From a virus (taxonomy: Duplodnaviria > Caudoviricetes): 64,000 bases of DNA. Shown in pieces: positions 19,196 to 29,073 of this stretch. The notes under the pieces were generated by a model. The model ran no database searches. It saw only the letters and a list, made by a program, of their open reading frames with translations, and had not been told where the DNA came from. Within the stretch, counting starts at the first letter, position 1; every line of letters begins with the position of its first letter. Location of the stretch: the IMG/VR virus record IMGVR_UViG_3300027754_000037. One strand, written 5' to 3'. The translations under genes were made by a program, and so were the position numbers.

Positions 19196-19331
19196 TTTGC
19201 ATTCTTTAGGGGAATTGTACCTACAGGATAAATGTCAAAAAAATTCCTGAATTTAATTGTATTTTTGGAACGGAACTTCCGTATCACTTTGTCAGAAGCA
19301 ATTTACTAAGGTTTAAACAATAGGAGTGCCC

Positions 19332-19514
19332 ATGCTGGTTTCAAAAGATTATTACACCTGTGATGATGCTATGGTAGTAACCATAGAAGGAGTTTTTGAA
19401 GGCAAGGAAGCAGAATGGGATGGCTGCACTTCCCATACTGATAAGAGAATCGAATGGGAACAAGAGCCAGAAGATGGCTGGGTTTACAAAGATTTTAGTT
19501 TTCGAGCGAATTAG
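19332..19514 (+). CDS. Hypothetical protein
   Basis: SD AGGAG after promoter copy 5. Confidence 0.5.
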   Translation: MLVSKDYYTCDDAMVVTIEGVFEGKEAEWDGCTSHTDKRIEWEQEPEDGWVYKDFSFRAN

Positions 19515-19757
19515 GAGCCTTGACGAATAAGGTTCAACCAACGAAAAGGAAAAGGAAAAGATCAATGAAAATTATCAGCAGTCATTTAACACGAGCATCT
19601 GCCCGTAATTCAGCAAAACGGGGCCAAAGGGTAATCAAGGCCGGGTTTTTCTCAAATGGATCATTCGGACTATTCAGTCCCGGCAATCATCATGGTGGTT
19701 TGGTTTTGATTCATGTTTGGCATGTTGTTTCAAACTAAGGTTCAATAAAAAGGAGTT

Positions 19758-20006
19758 ATGAACATGAAAGATTACGCCGCCGTAGTGGTGGAAGTTATGG
19801 CCGGAGCTTCGGCTGGAGAGGGTTGGGATGCCAACCGCTCATTCTGGGCCGATGAAGATGGGGCATGGGATGGCCTACAGGTTGGGGAACATGTGATGGT
19901 GGATGGGGAGTTATATGTAAAATACGGGGAGTGGGAGGAATACTCCTGTGGGGTCGATTGTTGTGGTTGGGCCAATTTTGGCCTAGCTAAAGTCACTTTC
20001 AAGTGA
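19758..20006 (+). CDS. Hypothetical acidic protein
   Basis: SD AAGGAG. Confidence 0.55.
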   Translation: MNMKDYAAVVVEVMAGASAGEGWDANRSFWADEDGAWDGLQVGEHVMVDGELYVKYGEWEEYSCGVDCCGWANFGLAKVTFK

Positions 20007-20054
20007 CTCAATCCACTTCTTGGGATTTCAAAAAGTTAAAAAGAGGAATTCGCA

Positions 20055-20462
20055 ATGATCAAGGGATTGGCTTATACATGCGCTCCGATTCTTGGCCTTA
20101 AAGAAGCCAAGGATCGGAAGAAAGTGCTAGATGATTATCGAAAACTGGGACAGGAGGAGGCCGAGTTGCTCCTGACCCAGCGTCTTGATGATTTGGAATA
20201 TATTGATCTTGGCAACAACGAGGGGTTGCCTGCCGATGATTGGATGATTGCTCAGATCGGCGGTGGTGACGGCAAGGTTGTCTTGCACCCTTATACATAC
20301 AATGAGGAAAGTCCAATGATGGACGATTACCTAAAGCCTGAAAAAAGCTACACCACCCAAGGCGACCCCGTTTGGGTATGCAAAGGTTTTGCCTTGGAGA
20401 TCCACGAGGCAGAACTAAGGCGCATTCACCCGTGGTTGAAAGCAATCAATATCATCAAATAG
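20055..20462 (+). CDS. Hypothetical protein
   Basis: SD GAGGA; followed by a terminator. Confidence 0.55.
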   Translation: MIKGLAYTCAPILGLKEAKDRKKVLDDYRKLGQEEAELLLTQRLDDLEYIDLGNNEGLPADDWMIAQIGGGDGKVVLHPYTYNEESPMMDDYLKPEKSYTTQGDPVWVCKGFALEIHEAELRRIHPWLKAINIIK

Positions 20463-20465
20463 CAG

Positions 20466-20495
20466 GAGGGGGCTTCGGCCCCCTCTTTTTTTTTG
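20466..20495 (+). terminator. Intrinsic terminator with TTCG loop, near-identical at 42001-42027
   Basis: GAGGGGGC-TTCG-GCCCCCTC plus T-run. Confidence 0.85.
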
Positions 20496-20546
20496 GCAAT
20501 TTTAGCTCCTTTCAATAATATTGATCCATAGATACATGCTGTACTT

Positions 20547-20879
20547 TCAACGATCCTCCTGCTTTGCCCGCACACAGTACCTCAGATGGAAAAAGTTGTT
20601 GCCAGTAGGGTGCAAATCCATGCCAAATTCCTGCAATCCGTAAAGTTTATACACATAGGTCTTGGCATCAGTTCGCTCCAGTTCTGCCTTGATTTGTTCA
20701 AGATTGCCAAACTTACTTGTCGTGCATTGAGCCGGTTGACCATCCTCATCCATGAATGTTGCTTCTTGGACAATACGAAACTTAGCGTCAATCAGCGACA
20801 ACGGTAACTCTTGTTTGGACTGAATGGTTTTTTGAGCCGCCAGAAACGCTCTTTGCTCGATGTTTGTTGTTTCACTCAT
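20547..20879 (-). CDS. Hypothetical protein, the only credible minus-strand CDS seen in the cassette block
   Basis: SD GAGG; own sigma70-like promoter TTGTTG-N17-TATAGT on the minus strand. Confidence 0.55.
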   Translation of the reverse strand: MSETTNIEQRAFLAAQKTIQSKQELPLSLIDAKFRIVQEATFMDEDGQPAQCTTSKFGNLEQIKAELERTDAKTYVYKLYGLQEFGMDLHPTGNNFFHLRYCVRAKQEDR

Positions 20880-21066
20880 ATTGCAACATCCTCTTTGGTT
20901 TCGCTAAAATTTTTAAACCTTATAAACTGTACTATACCAGCAAGTACAGCCTTCAACAATTTTTTATCCTGTAGGTACAATTTGTCTAAAACTTCTGAAA
21001 GTTTTCGAGATACTCTAAATTATTTCGTGTTAGATTGTAGATAATTGCAATAACGAAATTAGGAGT

Positions 21067-21738
21067 ATGTCCATGAGAAATTTTAGTGAATGGCTAAGTG
21101 ATTTTTCAGAAGTAAGTGATATTAAAATATGTGAATCCAGTTTAACCCGCATGATGTCCCTTCAGAATTCCCCTTGGTGCATCATTACAGCATACCGCAA
21201 GAAGAATTCTGACGGTACAGTTAGAAACAGAGATCAGAACATCGCTGCCAACAGGGTTCTTCGTGGAAAGTTGAACAGCATGAAGATGGGAGTACATCAG
21301 TTGATTGGGCATTGGCGTGAGTGTAAGGACAGCAATATTCCATACCCTCAATGTCCTGAAGAGATGAAAGTCGATGTAATTGAGCGGTCTTACTTTGTGG
21401 CGAAACCCCCAGAAGTGGAAATTGAAGATTTTGAAACGCTTATGCTTCAACTGTGCCGTGAATTTAACCAAGATGGAGTTTTGCTGAGTGATGGGCAATC
21501 CGTCAAGCTTGCCTATCCAAGCGGTGAAAAGGATGTAATTGGCAGCAGCAATATGGCATTGAACAAGGTTGCTCAGGCTTATAGTCAGCACATCATGAAG
21601 CAGAATGTTCCATTTGTGTTTGAAGGGTTTCAACAATTTCATGGGAATGCTGCACGGCAAGGTTCTTCCAAGAGCGGGCTAACCCTTCCACCCTTGGATG
21701 AGAACTTTGTTGTCCTTGCCGCAAAACAATTAAACTAG
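21067..21738 (+). CDS. Conserved phage hypothetical protein with MRNFSEWL motif
   Basis: CIITAYR, E.SYFV, FNQDGVL motifs; SD AGGAG. Confidence 0.6.
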   Translation: MSMRNFSEWLSDFSEVSDIKICESSLTRMMSLQNSPWCIITAYRKKNSDGTVRNRDQNIAANRVLRGKLNSMKMGVHQLIGHWRECKDSNIPYPQCPEEMKVDVIERSYFVAKPPEVEIEDFETLMLQLCREFNQDGVLLSDGQSVKLAYPSGEKDVIGSSNMALNKVAQAYSQHIMKQNVPFVFEGFQQFHGNAARQGSSKSGLTLPPLDENFVVLAAKQLN

Positions 21739-21871
21739 CATTTATAAATTCTTAAATCCTTAAACCAGCGGGAGTTATGACTCTCGTTGGTTTTTTTTTG
21801 GAATTTAATTGTATTTTTCAAACAAAACTTCCTGTAGCACTATAGGTTCCATTACTTTGGAGGAAGTTTCC

Positions 21872-22186
21872 ATGAAATGTCAATGGTGCGTAAAGGCTCC
21901 CGCCGAAAAGGCCGCTGGCGAGTTGTCTGTTTGTAGCAATTGTTACAAGAACATTCAACAGTACCACAAATGTAATGTTTGTGGTTGTGAGATTGATGCA
22001 GACCTTGCGAGGTTTCGTCGCAAGCGTTTTGAAACTGGCACTTGCCTGAGCGCAAGTTGCTCCCGCAAGGAATTGATTGCGAGGGGCAGCGTTTGTTGCG
22101 AGCGGGCGAAGTTGCGTAACTGCTCCTGCGCTCGTAGTTTAGAGTGTGATCGGCATGGCATCCGTTGTACCGGAACCCACAACTAA
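21872..22186 (+). CDS. Cys-rich (zinc-finger-like) protein
   Basis: Multiple CxxC pairs; after promoter copy 6. Confidence 0.55.
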   Translation: MKCQWCVKAPAEKAAGELSVCSNCYKNIQQYHKCNVCGCEIDADLARFRRKRFETGTCLSASCSRKELIARGSVCCERAKLRNCSCARSLECDRHGIRCTGTHN

Positions 22187-22196
22187 GGAGTATTCA

Positions 22197-22595
22197 ATGA
22201 ACCTGCAAATTTCCAATCGAAAGTTAGCTGTTGCTCGTAAGTCTCAAATTTTGGCTTTGGCCAAGGCTGGCAAGCCTCGTCCCAACAGCAAGGATTCCGC
22301 CCTAGGAAAGGCATTGAGGAAATACATCACCAATGGCAGCACCAGCTATGATGGTGAATTCAAGAAAGAAGTTTTGCGGGTTGCCCCAGAGGGATGGTTC
22401 CGCAACGAGGCGGAAAAAAAGAAGGCGAAGCTGGTTAAGATGGCTAAGGCTGGAAAGCCTCGTCCAAGCTTTTCCACTTCTTTGGGTAAGGCATTGAAGT
22501 TTTACACTTCCCATTCCCATACCGCTTACTGTAAAGAAACCACCTTGGAGTTGTTATCAATAGCTCCACATTGGTTTCGACGGGCAGTAATTTGA
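22197..22595 (+). CDS. Basic protein with duplicated ~55-aa domain
   Basis: Two copies of AKAGKPRP..S.LGKAL..Y.......AP.WFR. Confidence 0.6.
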   Translation: MNLQISNRKLAVARKSQILALAKAGKPRPNSKDSALGKALRKYITNGSTSYDGEFKKEVLRVAPEGWFRNEAEKKKAKLVKMAKAGKPRPSFSTSLGKALKFYTSHSHTAYCKETTLELLSIAPHWFRRAVI

Positions 22596-22717
22596 TGCAA
22601 GTCCTTTTATTGTAAGGACTTAAAAATTACAATAAATTACTGAATTTAATTGTATTTTTCAAACGAAACTTCCAGTATCACTTTGGAGAGACAGTTTTAA
22701 CCAGTAAGGAGACTGCA

Positions 22718-23272
22718 ATGTCTGACTACACATCTGCCCCAGCATGTCAACTCCTCGCAACGCATTGCTGCGTTTGCGGGCGACCCCTAGTTGACGCAAT
22801 TAGCGTCAGCTTGGGTATCGGCCCTGAGTGCAGGGGCGGGGCCAATGGCGGGATCACTTCCGAGCAGCAGGAAGCTGCAAACAAAATCACCTTCCTTGCT
22901 GCAATTGCAGCGCAGGAGGGGAAGATTGAGGAGGTGCGGGGTCATGCCGATGCCTTGCGGGTGCTGGGACTCAGCGTTTTGGCAGAAAAGGTGGCCGAGA
23001 GGTTCACCAAAGCCGAAAGGCAGGCCAAAATCTCCATCGTTGAGGATGGCGATATCCTCAAGGTGGACACCCCTTTCCGCCGTGGCGATAAGGATGCCTT
23101 TATTGCGGCATGGAGGGGCATTCCCGGTCGCCGTTACAAGAACGGGGCCAACTTGATCCCCAAGTCTGAAAAGCAGGCCTTGTATGGCCTGCTCCAGCAG
23201 TTCTTCCCCGGCCAGTATGCTGTGGGGCCGAAGGGGGTTTTCCGAATTCCCAAGCCAGAAGTCGAGGCCTAA
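22718..23272 (+). CDS. DUF6011-like Zn-binding protein
   Basis: CCVCGRPLVDAISVSLGIGPEC. Confidence 0.7.
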   Translation: MSDYTSAPACQLLATHCCVCGRPLVDAISVSLGIGPECRGGANGGITSEQQEAANKITFLAAIAAQEGKIEEVRGHADALRVLGLSVLAEKVAERFTKAERQAKISIVEDGDILKVDTPFRRGDKDAFIAAWRGIPGRRYKNGANLIPKSEKQALYGLLQQFFPGQYAVGPKGVFRIPKPEVEA

Positions 23273-23349
23273 GCCTCACTCAGCCCCCTAGGCAACTAGG
23301 GGGCTTTTTTATTTGTGCAGGACATTTTTTTTAACATGGGAGGTCAATT

Positions 23350-23625
23350 ATGGCTAAGAAATACAAGTTGATCTGCAAGCTGACCCGTCCTGTTGTAACG
23401 AACGAGGGCGATTTCATACCTGCTGGCACCCCTTGTGAGGTGCTGCGTTGGGATAAAACAGAAAACGGTAAGATCGAGGTCCGCACCAAGGCGTATATGT
23501 ACGCTGACGATCTTGGCGAGGATCGTAATGGGCCTGTTCCCGTTGTAAACACGGGATTGATCATAGCGGTCGATCCGATTGACCTTGAGTACAAGGATTC
23601 TTTTTCAATCAATTCTGTGGAGTAA
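23350..23625 (+). CDS. Hypothetical protein
   Basis: SD GGAGG. Confidence 0.55.
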   Translation: MAKKYKLICKLTRPVVTNEGDFIPAGTPCEVLRWDKTENGKIEVRTKAYMYADDLGEDRNGPVPVVNTGLIIAVDPIDLEYKDSFSINSVE

Positions 23626-23626
23626 C

Positions 23627-23865
23627 TGAGATGAAAATGAAAGTCGATGCTGACAAGGTTATTGATCTTTACCCCTTTCCGCCGTGGCGATAAGGATGCC
23701 TTCATTGCTGCGTGGAGAGGAATTCCCGGTCGCCGTTACAAGAACGGGGCCAACTTGATCCCTAGAACTGAGAAGCAGGCCTTGTATGGCCTGCTCCAGC
23801 AATTCTTCCCCGGCCAGTATGCTGTGGGGCCGAAAGGGGTTTTCCGAATTCCCAAGCCGGAATAA
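23627..23865 (+). pseudogene. Chimeric relic: 5' end of the 23974 gene joined to the 3' third of the 22718 gene
   Basis: 23627-23670 matches 23968-24011; 23671-23860 matches about 23070-23260. Confidence 0.75.
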
Positions 23866-23973
23866 ATTCCAAAATATTCCTGAATTTAATTGTATTTTTG
23901 AAACGGAACTTCCGTATCACTATGAAGGGAGCCACTAGAGAGCTACCTTCAAGGACACCTTGGAGCAACTGAG

Positions 23974-24204
23974 ATGAAAATGAAAGTTGATGCCAGCAAG
24001 GTTATTGATCTTTTGGTTGCTGCCTACAGGGAGCGACTTGAGGACGATGGCGATCTTGTTGCCGATGAGTTGGGCGAAAACTGGCCCAACGAGATCGAGC
24101 GGGTCGAATATGATCCCGCAAAAGACGAAATCAAATTCATCCCATCTGAGGAAGGACTTGAAACCCTTCCCCAATCCTTTGTTCGCCAACTCAAGGAGAT
24201 TTGA
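23974..24204 (+). CDS. Hypothetical acidic protein
   Basis: After promoter copy 8. Confidence 0.55.
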   Translation: MKMKVDASKVIDLLVAAYRERLEDDGDLVADELGENWPNEIERVEYDPAKDEIKFIPSEEGLETLPQSFVRQLKEI

Positions 24205-24205
24205 T

Positions 24206-24757
24206 ATGAAATTGCGAATTGGAAGTGCTTCCCCTTGGGGCAGAATTCACCATCTAAAGGAAGTTGCGGAGGGCATATTGAAGGCTTCAACGGCATCTCA
24301 CGGGGGGATTAAGCTTTCCTCCGGCCGGAATCGTCAAATGCCCGCAGCATTCAAGGTTGCGGGAGGGTGGTACGAGGAGGATTGCGAGGCATCGAAGGTT
24401 ATCGCAGTTTTTCATGAACACTTCGACCCAAAGGAGGTGGATTATGCGGTTGGAGGCCTCAAGAATTGGTATCCAGTTGAGTACGAACTGTGGTCCGGCA
24501 ACAAAGTTGCCTTGGAGGAATCGCTTGTTCTTCAGGAGAAACGATTCCTTGAAGTAAACTATGACAAGTTTCTTGTGTGTGCTGCTTGGGGAGACTGGCG
24601 GACGAATGTTCCCAAGGGCATGGTTGGGGTGCAGGCCCGCCTGAATAATGCGACTGGAACTGATAAGTATTTCTTGGTGCCAGCCGAAGAGTACGCCAAC
24701 AGGCAGCACCAGTTTGTGATCGACATAGATCGTCACAAAGAAATAGATTCTATCTGA
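24206..24757 (+). CDS. DUF7007-like protein
   Basis: SPWG..GI..ASTASHGG, WYEEDCE motifs; SD AAGGAG. Confidence 0.65.
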   Translation: MKLRIGSASPWGRIHHLKEVAEGILKASTASHGGIKLSSGRNRQMPAAFKVAGGWYEEDCEASKVIAVFHEHFDPKEVDYAVGGLKNWYPVEYELWSGNKVALEESLVLQEKRFLEVNYDKFLVCAAWGDWRTNVPKGMVGVQARLNNATGTDKYFLVPAEEYANRQHQFVIDIDRHKEIDSI

Positions 24758-24956
24758 AGATAGATTCTGCCAGAGATATGCCAGAGGGATGCAACAGCAT
24801 CCCTCTTTTTTTTGTCCAGAATTTAGACTGATTGTACCTACAGGCCCCCTTGCGGGAAAGTAAGGAAAATATTTTAAAAAATTCTGCAATTTAATTGTAT
24901 TTTTAAAACGGAACTTCCTGTAAAGCTTTGTCAGAAGTAATCTAAAGGAGTAACCC

Positions 24957-25763
24957 ATGCGTCAAGCATTGTTTTTGCTGGCAGATGAGATCAGCAAGGC
25001 TGTTCTCAAGCAGTCTTACAAGAACATCCCTGACCAGATCAAGGCTGGGATGTTATTGCATGAGCAGAAACCATTTTACAACAAGAATGTGGGTCTGACC
25101 CACCTTGTTGTTGTGGCTATCCTGCACCAAATTTTTCATGAAAGGGGTGTAAAGTACAAATCTAGTGAGGTGCTGGAATTACCAGCAGTCAGGAACGCCT
25201 TGCTGGTAAAACATACCTTCAAGACTGCTGAAGGTAAACTGTTTTTTGCGGGCGGGATGTCTACCTTCACCCCTGACCCCATTGATGCACTTGCTGGAAA
25301 CATATTGAATTTTTTCGTGGAGAATGGTTGCCATAACTGTGGTTATGGCACCATCAAGACCGAGGATGACTTGGTTTGTCCCGTCTGTCTTGATGGAGAA
25401 GTCCGCAAGAAAATGTTGGCAGTATATGGGTCTTCTTTTGCTGATGAATCTTGGCATATCCTGAGTGAAGCGATTGGTCCAGATTGTAGCGAGATGCTTC
25501 TGGATTTATCATCTTTCACTCACAAGTATCAAACAAGTAAGCACTTTCTGAAAGCGGTGACAGCTTTGATGTTCAAGGATGAGGATCACGATGTTGATCC
25601 TCAATCTGAGGGGCTGTTGGAAGAAGAGTTTGGCACTTTCATCAGCGCCGATCTTGAAAAGCTTCTTGACATTCCTTTCCCGATGGGGACCGCCAAGCAA
25701 ATCCTCGAGCAGGTGGACGAGTCGTACGACGATGACTTGGGTTTTAAAGGCAACGACGAATAA
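24957..25763 (+). CDS. Hypothetical protein with Zn-ribbon, first gene of the Ubl-conjugation operon
   Basis: CHNCG..CPVC; after promoter copy 9. Confidence 0.6.
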   Translation: MRQALFLLADEISKAVLKQSYKNIPDQIKAGMLLHEQKPFYNKNVGLTHLVVVAILHQIFHERGVKYKSSEVLELPAVRNALLVKHTFKTAEGKLFFAGGMSTFTPDPIDALAGNILNFFVENGCHNCGYGTIKTEDDLVCPVCLDGEVRKKMLAVYGSSFADESWHILSEAIGPDCSEMLLDLSSFTHKYQTSKHFLKAVTALMFKDEDHDVDPQSEGLLEEEFGTFISADLEKLLDIPFPMGTAKQILEQVDESYDDDLGFKGNDE

Positions 25764-25794
25764 TTTTTCTAAACGCAAGAAAAGGAGTGCAACC

Positions 25795-27237
25795 ATGAGT
25801 TCAAGTGAAGTTGTTGACAAAGTCGTCAAAAGGATGCAATGGCAAGAAGATCGGCAGATGATGTCGATTCTTGATGCAATCACGGAAGGAACCGTGAGAG
25901 GTATCAGAGAAAGCCTGAAGGTTACTGTTGAGGAACAGACCGCTGGAGCGGTTCAGGCATTTGTCTCTGACACTAGTGTGCGTCTCATTGATGTGGCAAC
26001 TTCTTGGACTAACGAGCAGTCCAAGAAGTTGATTGTATTTCCTGTTGGCACACGCTATGTGCAGAGGGATGATAAGAGTACCAACATCGTCATTGAGGAA
26101 GCGCCTCGTTGCAGACGGGTCGCTTTCAATGACCGAAATGGTGATGTCAAGCATTATTATGTTTCCTTGCCATACATCCAGTATGTCATCACCTTTAGTA
26201 AACACGGGCGTGGTGAAAAGTTTCGGCAGATGAAAATCAGTTGTAGCAAGCAACCAATCGATTCATTGACATCGATTGTTTATGATCTTCCTTTGCCGAA
26301 CATGGGTTATGGAAACCGCTTTGGTGTATGTACTGGAGGCAGTTCAAGTGGCATGGAATTGCCTGAAGGGAGCGATGCTTTCACCGAGAAGTGTGAAACG
26401 CTGATCACTAGTTTTTGGAGCAGCGAGTTCAACACCGATCTCAGTTCCAATTTGGTGAGCTTCTTTCAGAAGAATTTTGGCTACGATACTCTGGAGGGGC
26501 AGCACCCTATTCAGCGTATTCACAATTGCTTCAGCAATTGGGCAGAGGTTTCCAAGCAGCACCCAATGTGGTCTTTGGGTGCTGATGTGAAATTGCCACA
26601 GGAGGCAGGGTGGCAGCTTGGTAGGCTCATCGATAGCGACTTGACCAGTCGTGGCAGCAAGGCAGCGATGACTCGCAACCTGAAACAACAGGTTACCGAG
26701 GGGTTGTTTGCCTTGTCTACTAATGCTGTCGATGCCATGCGGACTCTTTCCATCGAGGAACAGGGTCAGCTTTTGGCCAACAAGCAGAAGTTGGCTGAGT
26801 GTTATCGTAGCAATCTTCATTCCGCCTATTCGGTTCTTGAAGCCGAGACTATGGCTGGCTTTGAGGAATTCAAGTTGAAGGAGTTGGAGAAGGTTCAACA
26901 GGATCGTCGCAAGGTCGATGAGATGGTGCGAAAGATCGCTGAGGACCGTCAGAAGTTTGATTTAGAGATGCTCAAGACCAAGATTGAGCTTTCTGCTGTC
27001 CACAAATTTTTGGAGGCTGAAAAGGTCAAGGTTGCGCTAATACAGGCGCAGGCAGAGGAGATCATTGCTCGTGGTGTTGTTGCTATTGAGCCTGTAGTCA
27101 AGCGTGGTCGTGGTCGGCCTCGCAAGGAAAAGCCTCCTGTTCCTCTGGGACCGGATGGCCAACCCATCAATCGGGGTCGTGGTCGGCCCCGCAAGACCCC
27201 GATTGTTCTTCGTCACGCATCACTTATGAGGAGCTAA
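25795..27237 (+). CDS. Prokaryotic E2-like (Prok-E2 family D / PRTRC protein B-like) fused to coiled coil and two AT-hooks
   Basis: SLPYIQY, DLPLPNM..GVCTGG (candidate catalytic Cys), FWSSEFNTDL; C-terminal KRGRGRPRK and RGRGRPRK. Confidence 0.7.
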   Translation: MSSSEVVDKVVKRMQWQEDRQMMSILDAITEGTVRGIRESLKVTVEEQTAGAVQAFVSDTSVRLIDVATSWTNEQSKKLIVFPVGTRYVQRDDKSTNIVIEEAPRCRRVAFNDRNGDVKHYYVSLPYIQYVITFSKHGRGEKFRQMKISCSKQPIDSLTSIVYDLPLPNMGYGNRFGVCTGGSSSGMELPEGSDAFTEKCETLITSFWSSEFNTDLSSNLVSFFQKNFGYDTLEGQHPIQRIHNCFSNWAEVSKQHPMWSLGADVKLPQEAGWQLGRLIDSDLTSRGSKAAMTRNLKQQVTEGLFALSTNAVDAMRTLSIEEQGQLLANKQKLAECYRSNLHSAYSVLEAETMAGFEEFKLKELEKVQQDRRKVDEMVRKIAEDRQKFDLEMLKTKIELSAVHKFLEAEKVKVALIQAQAEEIIARGVVAIEPVVKRGRGRPRKEKPPVPLGPDGQPINRGRGRPRKTPIVLRHASLMRS

Positions 27238-27238
27238 G

Positions 27239-28264
27239 ATGATTAATTTTCCCGTGTTCCTGAATATTCCCGGCACCAAGCTGCCTGAAACCGGAATCTA
27301 CTATGTGGTTGCCAAGGACGGCATCTACATGAGGACAGACAGGAACTTTGGAAGTGCATTGGTCAAGGTTGAAGAAATTCCTCACCTTGCTGCTGCTCCC
27401 ACTCAAGCAAGTTTCAACCTTCCCAAGATTCCAGCAACGATCATTGGGCAGGCATTGATGTTCTTCCGTGAAGTGTTCGTTGAGTACAAAACGGAGAGCT
27501 ATTTGACCCTTCTGTATTCCAAGAAATTGGGTCAGTATCGTCTGTGGTGCCCCAAACAGGAAGTCAGCTACAGTTCTGTCAGCTATGACAGAACTGACAG
27601 CGTTCCTGTCGAGGAGCGGAATTACATGGGTAGCGATGGTCCCGGCTGGCAAAATGTGGGGACTATTCACTCCCATTGTGACTTCTCAGCTTTCCACAGC
27701 GGTACGGATGAGTTTGATGAATCCACCTTTGATGGAATTCACATCACCCTTGGCCATGTGAACCGCAATGATTTCAGCATTGTGGCTAGCATTGCCATCA
27801 ACGACAACCGCTTCCCGAAGGCGATTGCCGATGTGTGTGATGGTGTGCCCAACACTTCTTCCGAAGTTGTTGAGGAAGAGGGAGATGGTCCATTCAAAGG
27901 TCAGATATTCAAGCGTCAAGAGTTGTACCACCGTCTTGCGCTGAACGACGAGCAGCAGGCATGGTTGGAAAACGAATTGGAGATAACCATCCGAAATGAA
28001 TGGTTGCCCAAGGTCACTAGAAAGATCTCGAGACACCCCAAGGGAATTAGTCGCCTTGGACTGAGCGTGGAAGAGGTAGAGTGTGAGGAGTTCGAGTTCG
28101 ATGGACTGGAGCAGGGCTTGTTCCCTGACTCCGGTCCAAGGATCGAAGATGGAATATATGTTGATGAAGATGAGATATCATTTGATCCTACTGAACGGCA
28201 ACTCCGTAGTTTTGGATATCGTCGTGATGAACATGGTTTCAAGTATCGGCATGAAGGTGATTAG
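27239..28264 (+). CDS. JAB/JAMM metallopeptidase (PRTRC protein A-like deconjugase)
   Basis: YYVVAKDGIY, E..L, GTIHSHCDFSAFHSGTDEFDE fits the HxH-x7-S-x2-D motif. Confidence 0.85.
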   Translation: MINFPVFLNIPGTKLPETGIYYVVAKDGIYMRTDRNFGSALVKVEEIPHLAAAPTQASFNLPKIPATIIGQALMFFREVFVEYKTESYLTLLYSKKLGQYRLWCPKQEVSYSSVSYDRTDSVPVEERNYMGSDGPGWQNVGTIHSHCDFSAFHSGTDEFDESTFDGIHITLGHVNRNDFSIVASIAINDNRFPKAIADVCDGVPNTSSEVVEEEGDGPFKGQIFKRQELYHRLALNDEQQAWLENELEITIRNEWLPKVTRKISRHPKGISRLGLSVEEVECEEFEFDGLEQGLFPDSGPRIEDGIYVDEDEISFDPTERQLRSFGYRRDEHGFKYRHEGD

Positions 28265-28335
28265 TTCGGAAAATATTTTTTGAGTTAATTGTATTTTTGA
28301 AACGAAACTTCCTGTAGTCCTTTGTGGAGGTGTTA

Positions 28336-29073
28336 ATGGCAAACAACATCAAGGTGATTGGTGCTGGTGGCATAGGACTGTGCGTGTTGCCGGTCCTATG
28401 CCGGTTTTTAAACTTCGAGGACGAGACTTTTCCCGAACCTGTTCTCACCGTGGTTGACGGCGACCAGTACGAGGAGAATAATCGTGCTCGTCAAGAGTTC
28501 GAGGATTGTGGCCCCAAGTCAACCATCACGGTTGAGAGGTTGAGGGGTCAATTTCCTCGAATTGAGTTTAGAGACAAGTCCGAGTTCGTTGATGATGCGA
28601 ATGTCGGATTGATTGTCCGTGAAGGAGATGTGGTTTTACTCTGTGTGGACAACCACAAGAGTAGGAAGATCGTGAGTGATCGTGCTTGTCAGTTGCGCAA
28701 TGTCACCGTGATTAGTGGTGGTAATGACCGGACTGACGGCAATGTGCTCATCCACATTCGTCGTGGCGGGGTTGACTTGACCCCGCCATTGGCGAGTCAC
28801 TACCATCCCGAGATCAGTAATCCTACTGATCTCCATCCTCATGAGCACAATCAGCCGGGGAGTTGTTCCCGGCTTGCTGAGGAAGTTCCTCAGTTGGTGA
28901 TCATGAATAATCTAATCGCTGCAAAAATGCTTGCAGCTTTTTACACTCTCACCGATCCCGTGTTATATTCGGAACAGGTGGAAAAAAAACCGCATCGATA
29001 TGCGGAGGTGCTGTGTGATCTCAGCACTTTGACTAGTGTAGTTCGTGACCGGCATGTAAAAAGAGGAGCATGA
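28336..29073 (+). CDS. ThiF/E1-like adenylating enzyme
   Basis: VIGAGGIG, VDGDQYEENNRARQ, LLCVDNHKSR, SGGN, GSC..VPQL..N. Confidence 0.9.
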   Translation: MANNIKVIGAGGIGLCVLPVLCRFLNFEDETFPEPVLTVVDGDQYEENNRARQEFEDCGPKSTITVERLRGQFPRIEFRDKSEFVDDANVGLIVREGDVVLLCVDNHKSRKIVSDRACQLRNVTVISGGNDRTDGNVLIHIRRGGVDLTPPLASHYHPEISNPTDLHPHEHNQPGSCSRLAEEVPQLVIMNNLIAAKMLAAFYTLTDPVLYSEQVEKKPHRYAEVLCDLSTLTSVVRDRHVKRGA

